This document shows, one piece after another, positions 1 through 12,310 of a DNA stretch of 64,000 nucleotides. A program made the position numbers and the translations under genes. Every line of letters begins with the position of its first letter. The stretch's first letter is position 1. Source of the DNA: the human T2T-CHM13v2.0 reference genome, Homo sapiens; the NCBI RefSeq assembly GCF_009914755.1, contig NC_060947.1. One strand, 5' to 3'. The notes under the pieces were generated by a model. It was given only the letters and a program-made list of their open reading frames with translations, searched no databases and was not told the DNA's origin.

Positions 1-3000
1 TATCTCATAGAATTCAGCTCTGAATTTGTCTGGTCCTGGACTTTTTTTTCTTGGCAATTTTTAAATTACCATTTCAATCTTGCTGCTTGTTATTGGCTTG
101 TTTAGAGATTCTATACCTTCTTAGTTTAATCTAGGAGGGTTGTGTATTTTCAGAAATTTATCCATATCCTCTGGATTTTCTAGTATTTGCATGTAAAGGT
201 GTTAATAGTAGCCTTCAAAAATCTTTTATATTTCTGTTGTATCAGTTTTAATATCTCCCATTTCATATCTTATTGACCTTATTTGGATTTTCTCTCCTCT
301 TTTCTTGGTTAATCTCATTAATGGTCTATCAATTTTTTTATCTTATCAAAGAACCAGCTTTTTGTTTCATTTATCTTTTGTAATTTTTTTGTTTTAATTT
401 CATTTATTTCTGCTCTGATCTTCATTATTTCTTTTCTTCTGCTGGCTTTGGGTTTGGATTTTTCTTGTTTCTCCAATTTTTTGAGGTGTGACCTTAGATT
501 GTTTGTTTGTGCTCTTTCAGACTTTTTGATGTAGGCATTTAATGCTATGAACTTTCCTCATAGCACCACTTTTGCTGTAACCCAGAGGTTTTGGTAAGTT
601 GTGACACTATTATCATTCAGTTCAAAGAATTTTAAAATTTTTGTCTTGATTTCATTGTTAAACCAATGATTGTTCAGAAGCAGGTTATTTAATTTCCATG
701 TATTTGCTTTATTTGCATGGTTTTGGAAGTTCCTTTTGGAGTTGATTTTCAATTTTATTCCACTGTGTTCTAAGAGAGTTCTTGATATTACTTTGATTTT
801 CTTAATGTACTGAGACTTGTTTATGGACTATCTTATATCTTGAAGAATGTTCCATGTGCTGATGAATAGAATGTATATTTGGGTAGAATGTTCTGTAATT
901 ATCTGTTAAGTCCATTTGTTGTAGAGTATAGTTTGAATTCATTGTTTTTTGTTAACTTTCTTTCTTGATGACTTGTCTAGTGCTGCCAATTGAATATTAA
1001 AGTCCCCCATTATTATTGTGTTGCCATCTATCTCATTTCTTAGGTATAATAGTAATTGTTTTATGAATTTGGGAGCTCCAGTGGTAAGTGCATATATAAT
1101 TAGAATTTTTCTGTTGGATGAGGCCTTTTTATCATTATATAATTTCCTTCTTTGTCTATTAAACTGCTGTTGCTTTAAAGTTTGTTTTGTCTGATATAAG
1201 AATAGATACTCCTGCTCATTTTTGGTGTCCATTTGCGTGGAATATCTTTTTCCACCCCTTTATCTTAAGTTTATGTGAATTCTTACAGGTTAGGGGAGTT
1301 TCCTGAAAGTAGCATAAACTTGGTTGGTGAATTGTTATCTGTTCCTCCATTCTATGTATTTTAAATGGAACATTTAGGCCGTTTACTTTCAAAGTTAGTA
1401 TTGAGATATGAGGTACTATTCTATTAATTGTGCTATTTGTTGCCTGAATACCTTGTGTGTTTGTGTGTGTGTTTTTTTTTTTTTCATTCAGAACCTTTAA
1501 GGAGGTTCTGTTTTGGTATATTTTGAGTGTATTTGGTATATTTTGAGTCAATTTATTTCAAGATCTAGAGCTCCTTTTAGCAGTTCTTGTAGTGCTGGCT
1601 TGGTAGTGGCATATTCTCTCAGCATTTGTGTATCTGGAAAATACGGTATCTTTCCTTCATTTATGAGGTTTAGTTTTGCTGGATACAGAATTCTTGGCTG
1701 ATAATTGTTTTGTTCCAGGAGGCTAAAGATAGGATCCAAATCCCTTCTAGTTTGTATGATTTCTGCTGAGAAATCTGCTACTAATCTGATAGGTTCTCTT
1801 TAATAGGTTACCTGTTGCTTTTGCCTCACATCTCTTGAGATTCTTTCCTTCATCTTGACTTTAGATAACCTGATGTCTGTGTGCCTAGGCAATTATCTTT
1901 TTGTGAGGAATTTCCCAGGTGTTCTTTGAGATTCTTGTATTTGGATGTCTAGATCTCTAGCAAGGATGTGGAAGTTTTCCTTGATTATTCCCTCAAATAT
2001 TTTTTTCAAAACTTTTTGAGTTCTCTTCTTTCTTGGGTACACCAATTATTTTTAGGTTTGAACGTTTAACATAGTCCAAAGCTTCCGGAGGTTTTGTTCA
2101 ATTTTTTTTTTTTTTACTTTTTTTTTCTTTGGTTTGATGGATTAGGTTAGTTCAAAAGCCTTGTCTTCAAGCTCTGGAGCTCTTTCTTCTGCTTGTTCAA
2201 TTCTATTGCTGAGACTTTCCAACATATTTTATATTTAATCAAAGTGTGTCCTTGATTTCCAGAAATCAAGATTGTGATTGTTTTTTTATTTATGATATCT
2301 ATTTCACTGAAGAATTTTCCTTTTATATTTTGTGTAATGCTTTTATTTAAGTTGGACTTCACCTTTTTCTGGTGTTTTCTTGATTAGCTTAATATTCGAC
2401 CTGCTGAATTCTTTTTCTGGCAATTCAGAGATTTAATCTTGTTTTGGATCCATTGCTGGTGAGGTGGTATGATCTTTTGGGGATGTTAAAGAAGCTTGCT
2501 ATGTCATATTAATCAGAATTGATTTTCTGGTCCCTTCTGATTTGGGTAGACTATGTCAGAGGGAAGATCTGGGATTCAAGGGCTGCTGTTCAGATTCTTT
2601 TTCCCACAGGGTGCTCCCTTGGTGTGGTGTTCTCCCCCTTCCCCTAGGAAAGGGGCTTCCTTAGAACTGAATTGTAGTGATTGCTTTTGCTCTTCTAGGT
2701 CTAGCCATGCAGCAGAGCTGCCAGACTCCGGGCTAGCACTGGGAAATGTCTGCAAAGAAAGCTGTAACATGATTCATCATCAGGTCTTGCAGCTGTGGAT
2801 ACCAGCACCTGCTCTAGTGGAGGTAGCAGGAGAGTGAAATGGACTCTAGGATGGTTCTTGGTTGTGTTTTTGCTTAGTGCATTGGTTTTGTGTTGGTTGA
2901 CCTCCAGCCAGGAGGTGGCAGTCCTATAGGGAGGATGCAAACTTGCCCTAGGGACACCTGGTTAAGTATTCAGGTTTTTCAGGTGGTGGGTAGGGCCACA

Positions 3001-3600
3001 GAGCTCCTAAGAGATTATGATCTTTGTCTTTGGCTACCAGGGTAGGTAGAGAAAGACCACCTGGTTGTGGCAGGGATAGGTATGTCTCAGCTCAGCCTCT
3101 TCTTGGGCATGGCTTTCTGTGGCTGCTGCGGAGGATGGGGATATGGTTCTCAATCCACTGAAGTTATATTCCCAGGGAGATTATGGCTGCCTCTGCTAAG
3201 TCATACAGTTGTCAGGAAGTAGGGGAAAGCTGGCAGTCACAGGCCTCACCCCCCTCCCACACAGTTTACATTCCCAAAGGGCAGTCTCACTTTCATCGTT
3301 TTCCCCACCAATAGCACCAGTCTATTTCCAGGCAGCCAGCTACCAAGACTGAGAACTTGTCCCAGACCACGAGCCTCCTCGTTGAAAAAGCAAGCAGACT
3401 CACAGTTTTTCTGGCATTTTAGGGAGCCTGTAGCAGTGACCTAGTTCCTTCAAAGGGTCTGTGGTTTCTTGGCTTTCCTGTTATGCTTCTGTGGTAGTTC
3501 TTGGATGAAAGTTCACAATGTCAGTCTCCACATGCTGCTTTGTCTATCCAAGTAGGAGCTGCAAGCTAGTTCTGCCACCTATCTGCCATCTTAATCCAAG
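1..3600 (-). mobile_element. L1PB-like LINE-1, 5' half (5'UTR, ORF1, ORF2 endonuclease region), degenerate
   Basis: Minus-strand ORF fragments give L1 ORF2 EN motifs (HISILTLKVNGLN, QETPL, IIMGDFN) and an ORF1 C-terminus (YQPRILYPAKL). The 5' end reads AAGATGGCAGATAGG near 3590. Confidence 0.9.
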
Positions 3601-3603
3601 TCC

Positions 3604-3662
3604 AGAGATGTTTTGATACAGGCATGCAGTGTGTAATAATCACATCATGGAGAATGGGGTAG
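3604..3662 (-). mobile_element. Short L1MA/L1PB 3'UTR fragment
   Basis: gagatgttttgatacaggcatgcagtgtgtaataatcacatcatggagaatggggta is typical L1 3'UTR. A similar sequence recurs near 63135. Confidence 0.6.
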
Positions 3663-3664
3663 TA

Positions 3665-4660
3665 TCTTAGGAATTTTGATGTTATATTTTTGTTTTTCTC
3701 AGTTCAATATATTTTATTTCTCCTGAGATTTTCTTCTTGACCTATGGAATATGAAGATTGTTGTTTAACGTCAAAGTGTTTGTAGATTTTCCTATTAACT
3801 TTCTGTTATCAATTTCTAGATTGATTTCATTGTGGTTGGAAAACACCCTTGGTATGATTTCAGTTCTTTTAAATATTTTGAATTTTGTTTGTGGTCCAGA
3901 TATGGTCTATATTGACATGTTTTGTTGGTGCATTGAAAGAATGTGTATTCTGTTTTGGAGTGGATTATTCTAAATAAATATTGATTAATTCCTGTTGGTT
4001 TGTAGTGTTCTTGCATTCTTCTATATCCTTATTTTATAATTGTTCTATCACTTGTTAAGAGAGGTTTGTTGAAGTCTCCAACTAAAATTATAAGATTTGT
4101 CTATTTTTCTTTTCAATTCTCCTAGTGTTCACTTCACACATTCTAAAGCTCTATTATTTAGTGCATTCACAATTACGGTTGCTGAGACTTACTGGTGAAT
4201 TGGCCTTTTATAATATAATTTTCTCCTTTGTCTCTCATATTTTCTTTACTCTGATATCTACTTCAGCTAATATCAACAGAGGCACTCCTGCTTTCCATTG
4301 GTTAAGGTTTGCTTGTTGTATCTTTTTCTGTCTTTCTATATTCAACTGGTTTATTATATTTGAAGTGATTATCCTGTAGGTGGCATATTGTTAGGTCATG
4401 TTTTTTAATCTACTCTATCACTCTCTCTTTTAGCTGGTGTATTTATTTTATTTCCATTTAATGTAATTATTGATGTGTTAGGGCTTATAAGTCTGCCGTT
4501 TTATTGTTTGCTTCAGAATATTCTTTGTTTCTTTTTTTTGTTCACCCTTTCTTGCCTTCTTGTGTGGTACTTGAACATTTTTTAGAGTTTCATTTTGATA
4601 TATCTATAGTGTTTTTTGAGTGTATCTCTTTGTATATCAATTTTAATGGCTCTATTATAT
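3665..4660 (-). mobile_element. Ancient L1M (L1MC/MD-like) ORF2 endonuclease region; left part of the element split by HERV-H
   Basis: Degenerate EN-domain text (minus-strand RIIHSKTEYTFF), T-rich plus strand. Confidence 0.7.
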
Positions 4661-4721
4661 ATGTATGTGTGTATATATGTATATATATATATATACATAT
4701 ATACACACACTAGAATATATA
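4655..4721. repeat. (TA)n/(TG)n/(CA)n microsatellite flanking the HERV-H
   Basis: Directly visible. It resumes on the other side of the provirus at 10517-10550. Confidence 0.9.
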
Positions 4722-5111
4722 TGTCATATGCATCCGTGTGAAGAGACCACCAAACAGGCTTTGTGTGAGCAACAAGGCTGTTTATTTCACCTGGGTGCAG
4801 GTGGGCTGAGCCTGAAAAAAGAGTCAGCAAAGGGAGTTAGGGGTGGGGCAGTTTTATAGGATTTGGGTAGGTAATGGAAAATTACAGTCAAAGGGGTTGT
4901 TCTCTGGCGGGCAGGGGCGGGGGTCACAAGGTGCTCAGTGGGGGAGCTTCTGAGCCAGGAGAAGAAATTTCACAAGGTAATGTCGTCAGTTAAGGCAAGA
5001 ACCAGCCATTTTTACTTCTTTTGTGTTTCTTCACTTGCTTCAGGCCATCTGGATGTATATGCACAGGTCACAGAGTATATGATGGCTTAGCTTGGTCTCA
5101 GAGGCCTGACA
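4722..5111 (-). repeat. HERV-H 3' LTR (LTR7 family, 390 bp)
   Basis: Minus strand TGTCAGGCCTCTGAG...CACACGGATGCATATGACA, with TATAAAA and AATAAA. Polypurine tract AAGAAGACAGGAA lies immediately inside (5112-5124). Confidence 0.96.
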
Positions 5112-5725
5112 TTCCTGTCTTCTTGTATTAATAAGAAAAATAACATAAAATAGTGTTGAAGTGTTGGGGCAGCAAAAATTTTGGGGGGATGGTATGAGAG
5201 ATAATGGGCAATGTTTCTCAGGGCTACTTTGAGTGGGATTAGGGGCGGCATGGGAACCTAGAGTGGGAGAGATTAAGCTGAAGGAAGATTTTGTGGTAAG
5301 GGGTGATATTGTGGGGTTGTTAGAAGGATCATTTGTCATGTAGAATTATTGGTGATGGTCTGGATATGGTTTTGTATGAATTGAGAAACTAAACAGAAGA
5401 CACAAGGTCCAAATAAGAGAAGGAGAGAAACAGATATTAAAGGACTAAGAATTGGGAGGACCCAGGACATTTAATTAGAGAGTGCTCAAGGGGGTTTAGT
5501 GTGATTATTTGCTTGGTTGGCAAGTTTTTGGGCTCTATCGTTGACAGAGTCCTCTTTTTTAAGTTGGAGGCTGAGCTTGGTGAGGTCTGGTTTTAAAAGA
5601 CCATTAGTCAGTTTTACCTTTCCTGAAGATTGAAGACAGTAAGGGGTATGAAGGTTTTACTGAATACCAAGAGCCTGAGAAACTGCTTGGGTGATTTGAC
5701 TATTAAAAGTGGGCCCGTTATTGGA

Positions 5726-6441
5726 CTATATAGAGGTGGGAAGGCCAAACCTAGGAATTACATCTGACAGAAGGGAAGAAATGACTGTGGTGACCTTTTT
5801 AGACCCTGTGGGAAAGGCCTCTACCCATCCAGTGAAAGTGTCTACCTGGACCAAGGGGTATTTTAGTTTCCTGACTCGGGGCATGTGAGTAAAGTCAATT
5901 TGCCAGTCCTGGGCAGGGGCAAATCCCTGAGCTTGATGTGTAGGGAAGGGAGGGGGCCTGAACAATCCCTGAGGAGTAGTAGAATAGCAGATGGAAGACT
6001 GAGAAGTGACTTCCTTGAGGATATATTTCTACAATGGAAAGGAAATGAGAGGTTCTAAGAGGTTGGCTAGTGGCTTGTAACCTACATGGAAGACGTTATG
6101 AAATGATGACAGAATAGAATGGGCCTGTGAGGCTGGAAGGAGATATTTTCCTTGGTCCAAGAACCATTTGCCTTGTTTGGAAAGAGATTGATAGGTGGAA
6201 GTTTCAGTGGGGGAGTAGGTGGGAGGGACCAATGAGAAGGAGAAAAACTGCCATGAGGGATAGAAGTTGGAATGCTAGCTGCTTTTTTAGCTACCTTATC
6301 AGCATAGTTGTTGTCCTGAGCGATGGGATCTGATGCCTTTTGATGGCCCTTGCAGTGAATGACTCCAGCTTCCTTTGGAAGTAAAGTGGTCTTGAGAAGA
6401 GCTTTTATTAAAGAGGCATTAATGATGGTGGACCCTTGCAT
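5726..6441 (-). pseudogene. pol: HERV-H pol RNase H C-terminus and integrase, frameshifted
   Basis: VIHCKGHQK...DNNYADKVAK (RNase H), H..FHVGYKPL (IN zinc-binding region), WQIDFTHMP...VDTFTGWVEAFP (IN core). Confidence 0.9.
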
Positions 6442-6781
6442 AGTGAGGAAACCTCTTTCAGCCCATATAACAGCACAGTGGTGCAGGATATGGAAGGCAT
6501 ATTTAGAGTCAGTATAAATATTGACCTGTAATCCTTTTGTAAGAGTGTGGACTCGAGTTAAGGCAAAGAGTTTGGCTTGCTGAGAGGTATTGGAGTGGGG
6601 CAGAGTGGTAGCCTCAATGATAGATATGGAAGATACTATAGCATAGCCTGCCTTTGCTGGTGAGGGGTGATTAGGTGTGGTGGAACTGCCATCAATAAAC
6701 TAAATGTGATCAGTGTGAGGAACAGGAAAGAAGGAAATATGGGGAAATGGAGTGAATGCCAGGTGGATCAGAAAGATACAG

Positions 6782-8089
6782 TCATGGGGGTGGAGGCCAG
6801 CCCAAAACAGTAAGGTTAAGTTGTTTGGACAGAAAGGCTACAGGGTGCGGTCCCAGCTCTTGTGTAAGAATTTTGACTGCACTGCCCTGCACTTTGGCTC
6901 TGTGTAATGAAAAGGGTTGGGATGAGTTAGGGAGAGTTAGTGTGGGAGCAGCTTCTAGGGCCGTTTTTACAGAACAGAAAGAGGAGTGGCGAAAAGATTT
7001 AGGATCTGTGGGGTCAGCTAGGTTTGCTTTTGTGAGTTTATGTAATGGTTTAGTCAGGATGGTAAAACTAGGTGTCCAAAGGCAGAAGTCCCTAACCATG
7101 CGTAGGAAGGAAAGGAATTGTTGTTTTGTAGAAGGTGTTGGGGTTTGGGAGATTAGCTGGACATGATCAGCAGGGAGAGCACATGTGCTTTCATGAAGAA
7201 TTATGTGAAGGTAGGTAACGGATGGAGAAGAAATTTGAGCTTTGGAGGGGGATACCCGATATCCCTTGGAGAATAAATGTTGAAGGAGCAGGAGGGTGTC
7301 TTGTTGAGAAGATTCAAAGGAGGGTCTATAAAGTAGAAGGTCATCGATATATTGAATAAGGTGAGAAGCGAAGGGGTGGAAAGAAAGTAAATCATGAGAA
7401 AGAGCTTGGCTGAAGTAATGAGGGCTGTCCCTGAAGTCTTGTGGCAGTACAGCCCAGGTAAGCTGCTGGGACTGATGGGTGTCAGGGTCAGTCCAGGTAA
7501 AAGCAAAGAGAGGCTGGGATGAGGGGTGTAGGGGAATAGTGAAAAAAGCATCTTTAAGATCAAGAACGGAATAGTGAGTTGTGGAGGAAGGTATTGAGGA
7601 CAAAAGAGTGTACGGGTTGGGCAACACAGGGTGGATAGGCAAAACAATTTGGTTGATAAGGTGCAGATCCTGAACTAACCTGTAAGACTTGTCCGGTTTT
7701 TGAACAGGTAAAATGGGAGAATTGTAAGGAGAGTTTATAGGTTTTAGAAGCCCATGCTGTAGCAGGTGAGTGATAACAGGCTTTAATCCCCTTAAAGCCT
7801 GTTGTGGGATGGGATACTGGCATTGAGCGGAGTAAGGGTGATTAGGTTTTAATAGGATGGTAAGGGGTGCATGGTCGGCACTAAGGAGGGAGTAGGGGTG
7901 TCCCATACTTGTGGATTGAGGTGGGGAGATACAAGGGGAGGATGTGAAGGAGGCTTTGAACTGGGGAAAAAGGGCAGCAATGAGGTGTGGCTGTAGCCTA
8001 GGAATAGTCAGGGAAGCAGATAATTTAGTTAAAATGTCTCTACCTAATAAGGGAGCTGGACAGGTGGGGATAACTAAGAAGGAGTGCAT
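6782..8089 (-). pseudogene. pol: HERV-H protease C-terminus / reverse transcriptase, 435-codon open frame
   Basis: LLGRDILTKL (protease), YRLVQDL, VLDLKDAFF, LPQDFRDSP, YIDD catalytic motif. Confidence 0.93.
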
Positions 8090-8329
8090 AAAACAATGTT
8101 GTCCAAGTTCGCATCAGAGTTGGGGAGGTTTAGAAGCCTGGCTGTCAATACCCACAACAGTTATGGAGGCAAGGGAAACAGGCCCTTGAAAAGAAGGTAA
8201 TGTGGAGTGGATAGCCTCCGTAGTGATTAAGAAGGGGACGGACTTACCCTCCACTGTAAGAGTTACCCAAAGTGTCTGTGATGGTCTAGGAGGCTTCCGA
8301 GGTGATTGGGCAGCGTCAGTCTTCAGCCG

Positions 8330-9570
8330 TTAAGCTGAGAAGATCTGGGAAGGAGTCAGAGAGCCTTGGGCCAGAGTTCCAGGGGCTCTGGGAGTGGCTG
8401 CCGGGTGAGTTGGACAGTCCGATTTCCAGTGGGGTCCTGTACAGATGGGACATGGCTTAGGAAGAATTCCAGGCTGTAGGCATTCCTTGTCCCAGTGCCA
8501 GATTTCTGGCACTTGAAGCAAGATCCTCGGGCAGGCAGTCCTGGAGGAATGCGTGGCCACTGTGGTTCAGGCGTTTGGAAGTTCTTGTGTGCTGGAGATG
8601 TGGCTGGGGTTTGTCTCACAGTGGAGGCAAGGAATTGCAACTCAGAAATACATTGCTACTTGGCTGCCTCTACTCTATTATTGTACACCTTGAAGGTGAG
8701 GCTAATTAAGTCCTGTTGTGGGGTTTGAGGGCCGGAATTTAATTTTTGGAGCTTTTTCTAATGTCGGGAGTGGATTGGGTAATAAAATGCACACCGAGAA
8801 TAAGATGGCCTTCTGGCCCTTCTGGGTCTAGGGTGGTAAAGCGTCTAAGGGTTGTTGCCAAATGGGCCATGAACTGGGTTGAGTTTTTATATTTGATGAA
8901 AAAGAGCCTGAACACTATCTGATTTGGGAGAGGTCGGATAAAGAAAAAGGGACATCGACCTTGGCTATGCCTTCAGCTCCAGCCACATCTTTAAGAAGAA
9001 ATTGTTGGGCAGGTGGGGGACAGCTAGTTTCGGAAAGAAACTAAGCCGGACTGGGTGTGAAGAGGGGAGGTGATAAAAGGATTATAGGGTGGGAGAGCGG
9101 AGGCTGAGGAAGAATTGAGACATGGCTTGGCCTAGGGAGGAGCAGCCTGGGGAAGAGGGGAGTGGTCAGATTGGTCTGTAGAAAAGGAGGATTCAAAGGA
9201 CTCAGAGGTTGGGGTGGAGACTGAAGGAACAGACAGGAGAGAAAGAAGAAAGATTTGCGATGAGTCACACTGGGAGTAGAGATGAGGGAGGGACCAATGT
9301 GTAAAAGAATGCCTGGCAGTCAGGCACCTCAGACCCATTTGCCCATTTTTTCGACAAAAATCATCCAGGTCTTGTAAAATGGAGAAATCAAAAGTGCCAT
9401 TTTCTGGCTATTTAGAACCATTATCGAGTTTGTATTGGTGCCAAGCAGTGTTGCAGAAGAAAATAAGATGCTTAGGTTTTAGGTCAGGCGAGAGTTGAAG
9501 AGATTTTAAGTTTTGGAGAACACAGGCTAAGGGAGAAGAAGGGGGAATGGAGGGTGGAAGGTTGCCCATA
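8330..9570 (-). pseudogene. gag: HERV-H gag, fragmented, with two zinc knuckles
   Basis: MGNLPPSIPPSSPLAC...LIFFCNTAW (MA). CFKCQKSG/HWDKEC and CPICTGPHWKSDC (NC). Confidence 0.85.
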
Positions 9571-9983
9571 GTGAAGGAGGCAAGCCCAGAGAAAAGAGAG
9601 GGTAGAGACACAGAGAAGAGGGGTGGTGAGCAGCCCTGGGCTGCAATGTGTGTGAGCAGCCAAAGCAAGCATCCCAGCAATTGACTTGCCACCAAGAGAA
9701 CGTGGGTGAATGACCAAGGCAGCTATCCCCTCAGTGATCAGACACCAATGGAGTGTGGGTGAAGAATCAGGCAGGCGTCCCTGCAGTGATTAAACACCAA
9801 CAGAACACTGTCTTCCCTAGTCCGTGACCAGCACTGGAGTTTTGGGTCCATGGATAAAATGTGTCTCCTTTGTCTCTACTAGAGAGGAAAAAGAACTGGA
9901 ATTGGAAGGACAGGGAGATTGAAGGGTAGCAAAAGAGGGAGATTGAAGGATAGCAAGAGAGGCTGGAGAAGAGAGTGAAAAGA

Positions 9984-9997
9984 CCACTTACCCAATT
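9984..9997 (-). promoter_or_regulatory. HERV-H major splice donor
   Basis: Minus strand AATTGG|GTAAGTGG, about 140 nt downstream of the 5' LTR, the usual HERV-H donor position. Confidence 0.6.
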
Positions 9998-10113
9998 TGA
10001 AATTCATGAGATGTTCCTTGGGCTGGTTGGTCTGAGGACCCAAGGTCGTAGGGGGATCTCCTCACAGAGTGAGGGTGAGGACAGAGGACCGGTCTCCTGA
10101 AGGAGTCCTCCTG

Positions 10114-10132
10114 TCCCGAGTCTTCGGCACCA
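10114..10132 (-). promoter_or_regulatory. Primer-binding site (His/Phe-intermediate)
   Basis: TGGTGCCGAAGACTCGGGA begins 2 nt after the 5' LTR end. Confidence 0.85.
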
Positions 10133-10134
10133 AA

Positions 10135-10516
10135 TGTCACGTGCGTCCGTGTGAAGAGACCACCAAACAGGCTTTGTGTGAGCAACAAGGCTGTTTATTT
10201 CACCTGGGTGCTGGCGGGCTGAGTCTGAAAAGAGTCAGCAAAGGGAGTTAGGGGTGGGGCAGTTTTGTAGGATTTGGGTAGGTAAGGGAAAATTACAGTC
10301 AAAGGGGTTGTTCTCTGGCAGGCAGGGGCGGGAATCACAAGGTGCTCAGTGGGGGAGCTTCTGAGACAGGAGAAGAAATTTCATAAGGTAATGTCGTCAG
10401 TTAAGGCAGGAACCAGCCATTTTTACTTCTTTTGTGATTCTTCACTTGCTTTAGCCACCTGATATGCGCAGGTCACAGGGTATATGATGGCTTAGCTTGG
10501 GCTCAGAGGCCTGACA
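10135..10516 (-). repeat. HERV-H 5' LTR (LTR7 family, 382 bp)
   Basis: About 95% identical to 4722-5111 by manual comparison. Confidence 0.96.
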
Positions 10517-10554
10517 ATATATATAATGAAGTATATATACACACACATATGCAA

Positions 10555-12310
10555 AAACTGTCTACCAGTGTTATTTTTTTCCTAGTGAAGTGTATAAAGC
10601 CTACCAACTTTTATGTTACTTAACTTTCCCACATTTATACTTTTCTTCCCTCTATGTAAATTTAGAAGCACATCACACAATGTTGTATTTTTGCTTAAAC
10701 TCTCAAACATAATTTGGAAAACTCAAGAGGAGAAGGGAAACCTATTTACTCATATTTTTTGTTACTAGGTTGTTGTTTTTTTTTTCCTGAAAGTCCAAAT
10801 TTTATTTTTTTAAATTTCTTTTCTGTTTAGAGACTTCCTTCATTCATTCTTTTGGACTTACCTTAAATAAGGTGTTCTTTTTCTTTGGTTGTTTTCAGGA
10901 TTTTTTGTCTTAATTTTCACATGTTTAATTATAATATATATTATAATGGATATATTTGAGCTTATTTTTTCTGGGTTTTCCTCACATTCTTGAATCTGTA
11001 ATTTTGTAACGCAGGCTAAATTTGGGATGTTTACAGCCAGTTATTTCTTGTAGTACTTTTTCAGACCCAGCCTTTTTCTTCTCTCCTTTTGGGACTTCAG
11101 TTATACAAGTGTTGGTTAGATATTTTTTTTTTTTAGCCACACATGTCTCTGATGCTCTATTTGTTTGTTTTCTTTTTTTTTTTTTTTTGAGTAATTTTTT
11201 CTGCCTTCCAGTTTACTGATTTTTTTTATTTCATCATCCTCTTCATTCTGTTGAGCACATCCATTGGCCTTATTTCAGTTATTTTTCAGTTCTAAAATCT
11301 CCATTTGGTTCTTCATTATATCTTCTGTTTCTTTGCTGAAGTTCTCTATTTTCATTTGTTTCAAGTGTTTTCATAGTTGTTTACTGAAGCATTTCTATTA
11401 TATCAGCTTTCAAACATTTGTCAGATTATTGCAATTTCTCTATTTTCTGAGTGTTGTCATCTATTAATTGTATTTTAAAATTCTGGTTGAGACCTTTCTG
11501 GTCTTAATATGATGAATGATTTTCAATTGAAACCTCAGAATTTTTGCTTTATGTGATGAGACTTTGGGCCTTGGTTAAGTGTTCTGTTTTTAAACTGGCC
11601 TTCACTGATACTACAACAGCTAATGGGAGAACTACCTCATTACTTCTAGGTGGAGGTAATAGTCCAGGTTTCTCACTGAGCCTCTGTTGACAGAGGACCA
11701 ATGGGGAGGGCCATTCATGACTCCTGGGTAGGGGTGAGAGTTTTTTATCCCCATATGGCCTTTACTGACACTGTGTGTGTTTGGTGGGAGAGGTTTATTA
11801 CTGGCTGATGAGATGAAAGTCTTGGCTCCCTACTTGGCCTTCTGAGACACTGTCTTGGTAGGAGTGTTGAGGCTACTTGTTATAGCCTTGCTAGAGTGGC
11901 TATCTAGGCCCCCCTTTCAATTTTTGCTTGCATGGTTTGGGGTAATCTCACAGTTTTTTCTGTGGTGTTTTGCTAAAAGATTTTTGTCCTGCTAGACTGC
12001 CCCTTCTATGGTCCTTTGGCTAGAGAGAGCAGGCTTTTGTTGAGACTTTTATTGTCTGTCCCAATGGCATTTCTGGAATGCTGGCTTCTTCATTTCCAAG
12101 TCTGGGATATAACAGACAAAATGAGAACCCAGGGGAACTCATTGCTGTGTTGTCTCTCAACTCGTGAAGTCCCTAGTTAGGCTGCCTTATTTTCTTTACC
12201 TTTCAGTCTTCTTATTTTTGTTTTATATATAATGTTCAAGAGTTTCATTTGTACTTAGCAGGAGAAATAGGGAAAAGAATGTCTATTTCATCTTCCTGAA
12301 AGCAGAAAGT
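10555..12310 (-). mobile_element. Ancient L1M ORF1/5'UTR; right part of the element split by HERV-H
   Basis: Degenerate ORF1-like T-rich text. It ends in catcttcctgaaagcagaaagt, like old L1M 5' termini. Confidence 0.65.

Larger units (their letters stand above)
4722..10516 (-). mobile_element. HERV-H provirus, common deleted ~5.8-kb form (LTR-gag-pro-pol-env remnant-LTR)
   Basis: Two LTR7s with TG...CA ends and a 5-bp TSD ATATA (4717-4721, 10517-10521). PBS, PPT, Gag zinc knuckles, RT, RNase H and integrase motifs are present. Confidence 0.97.
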
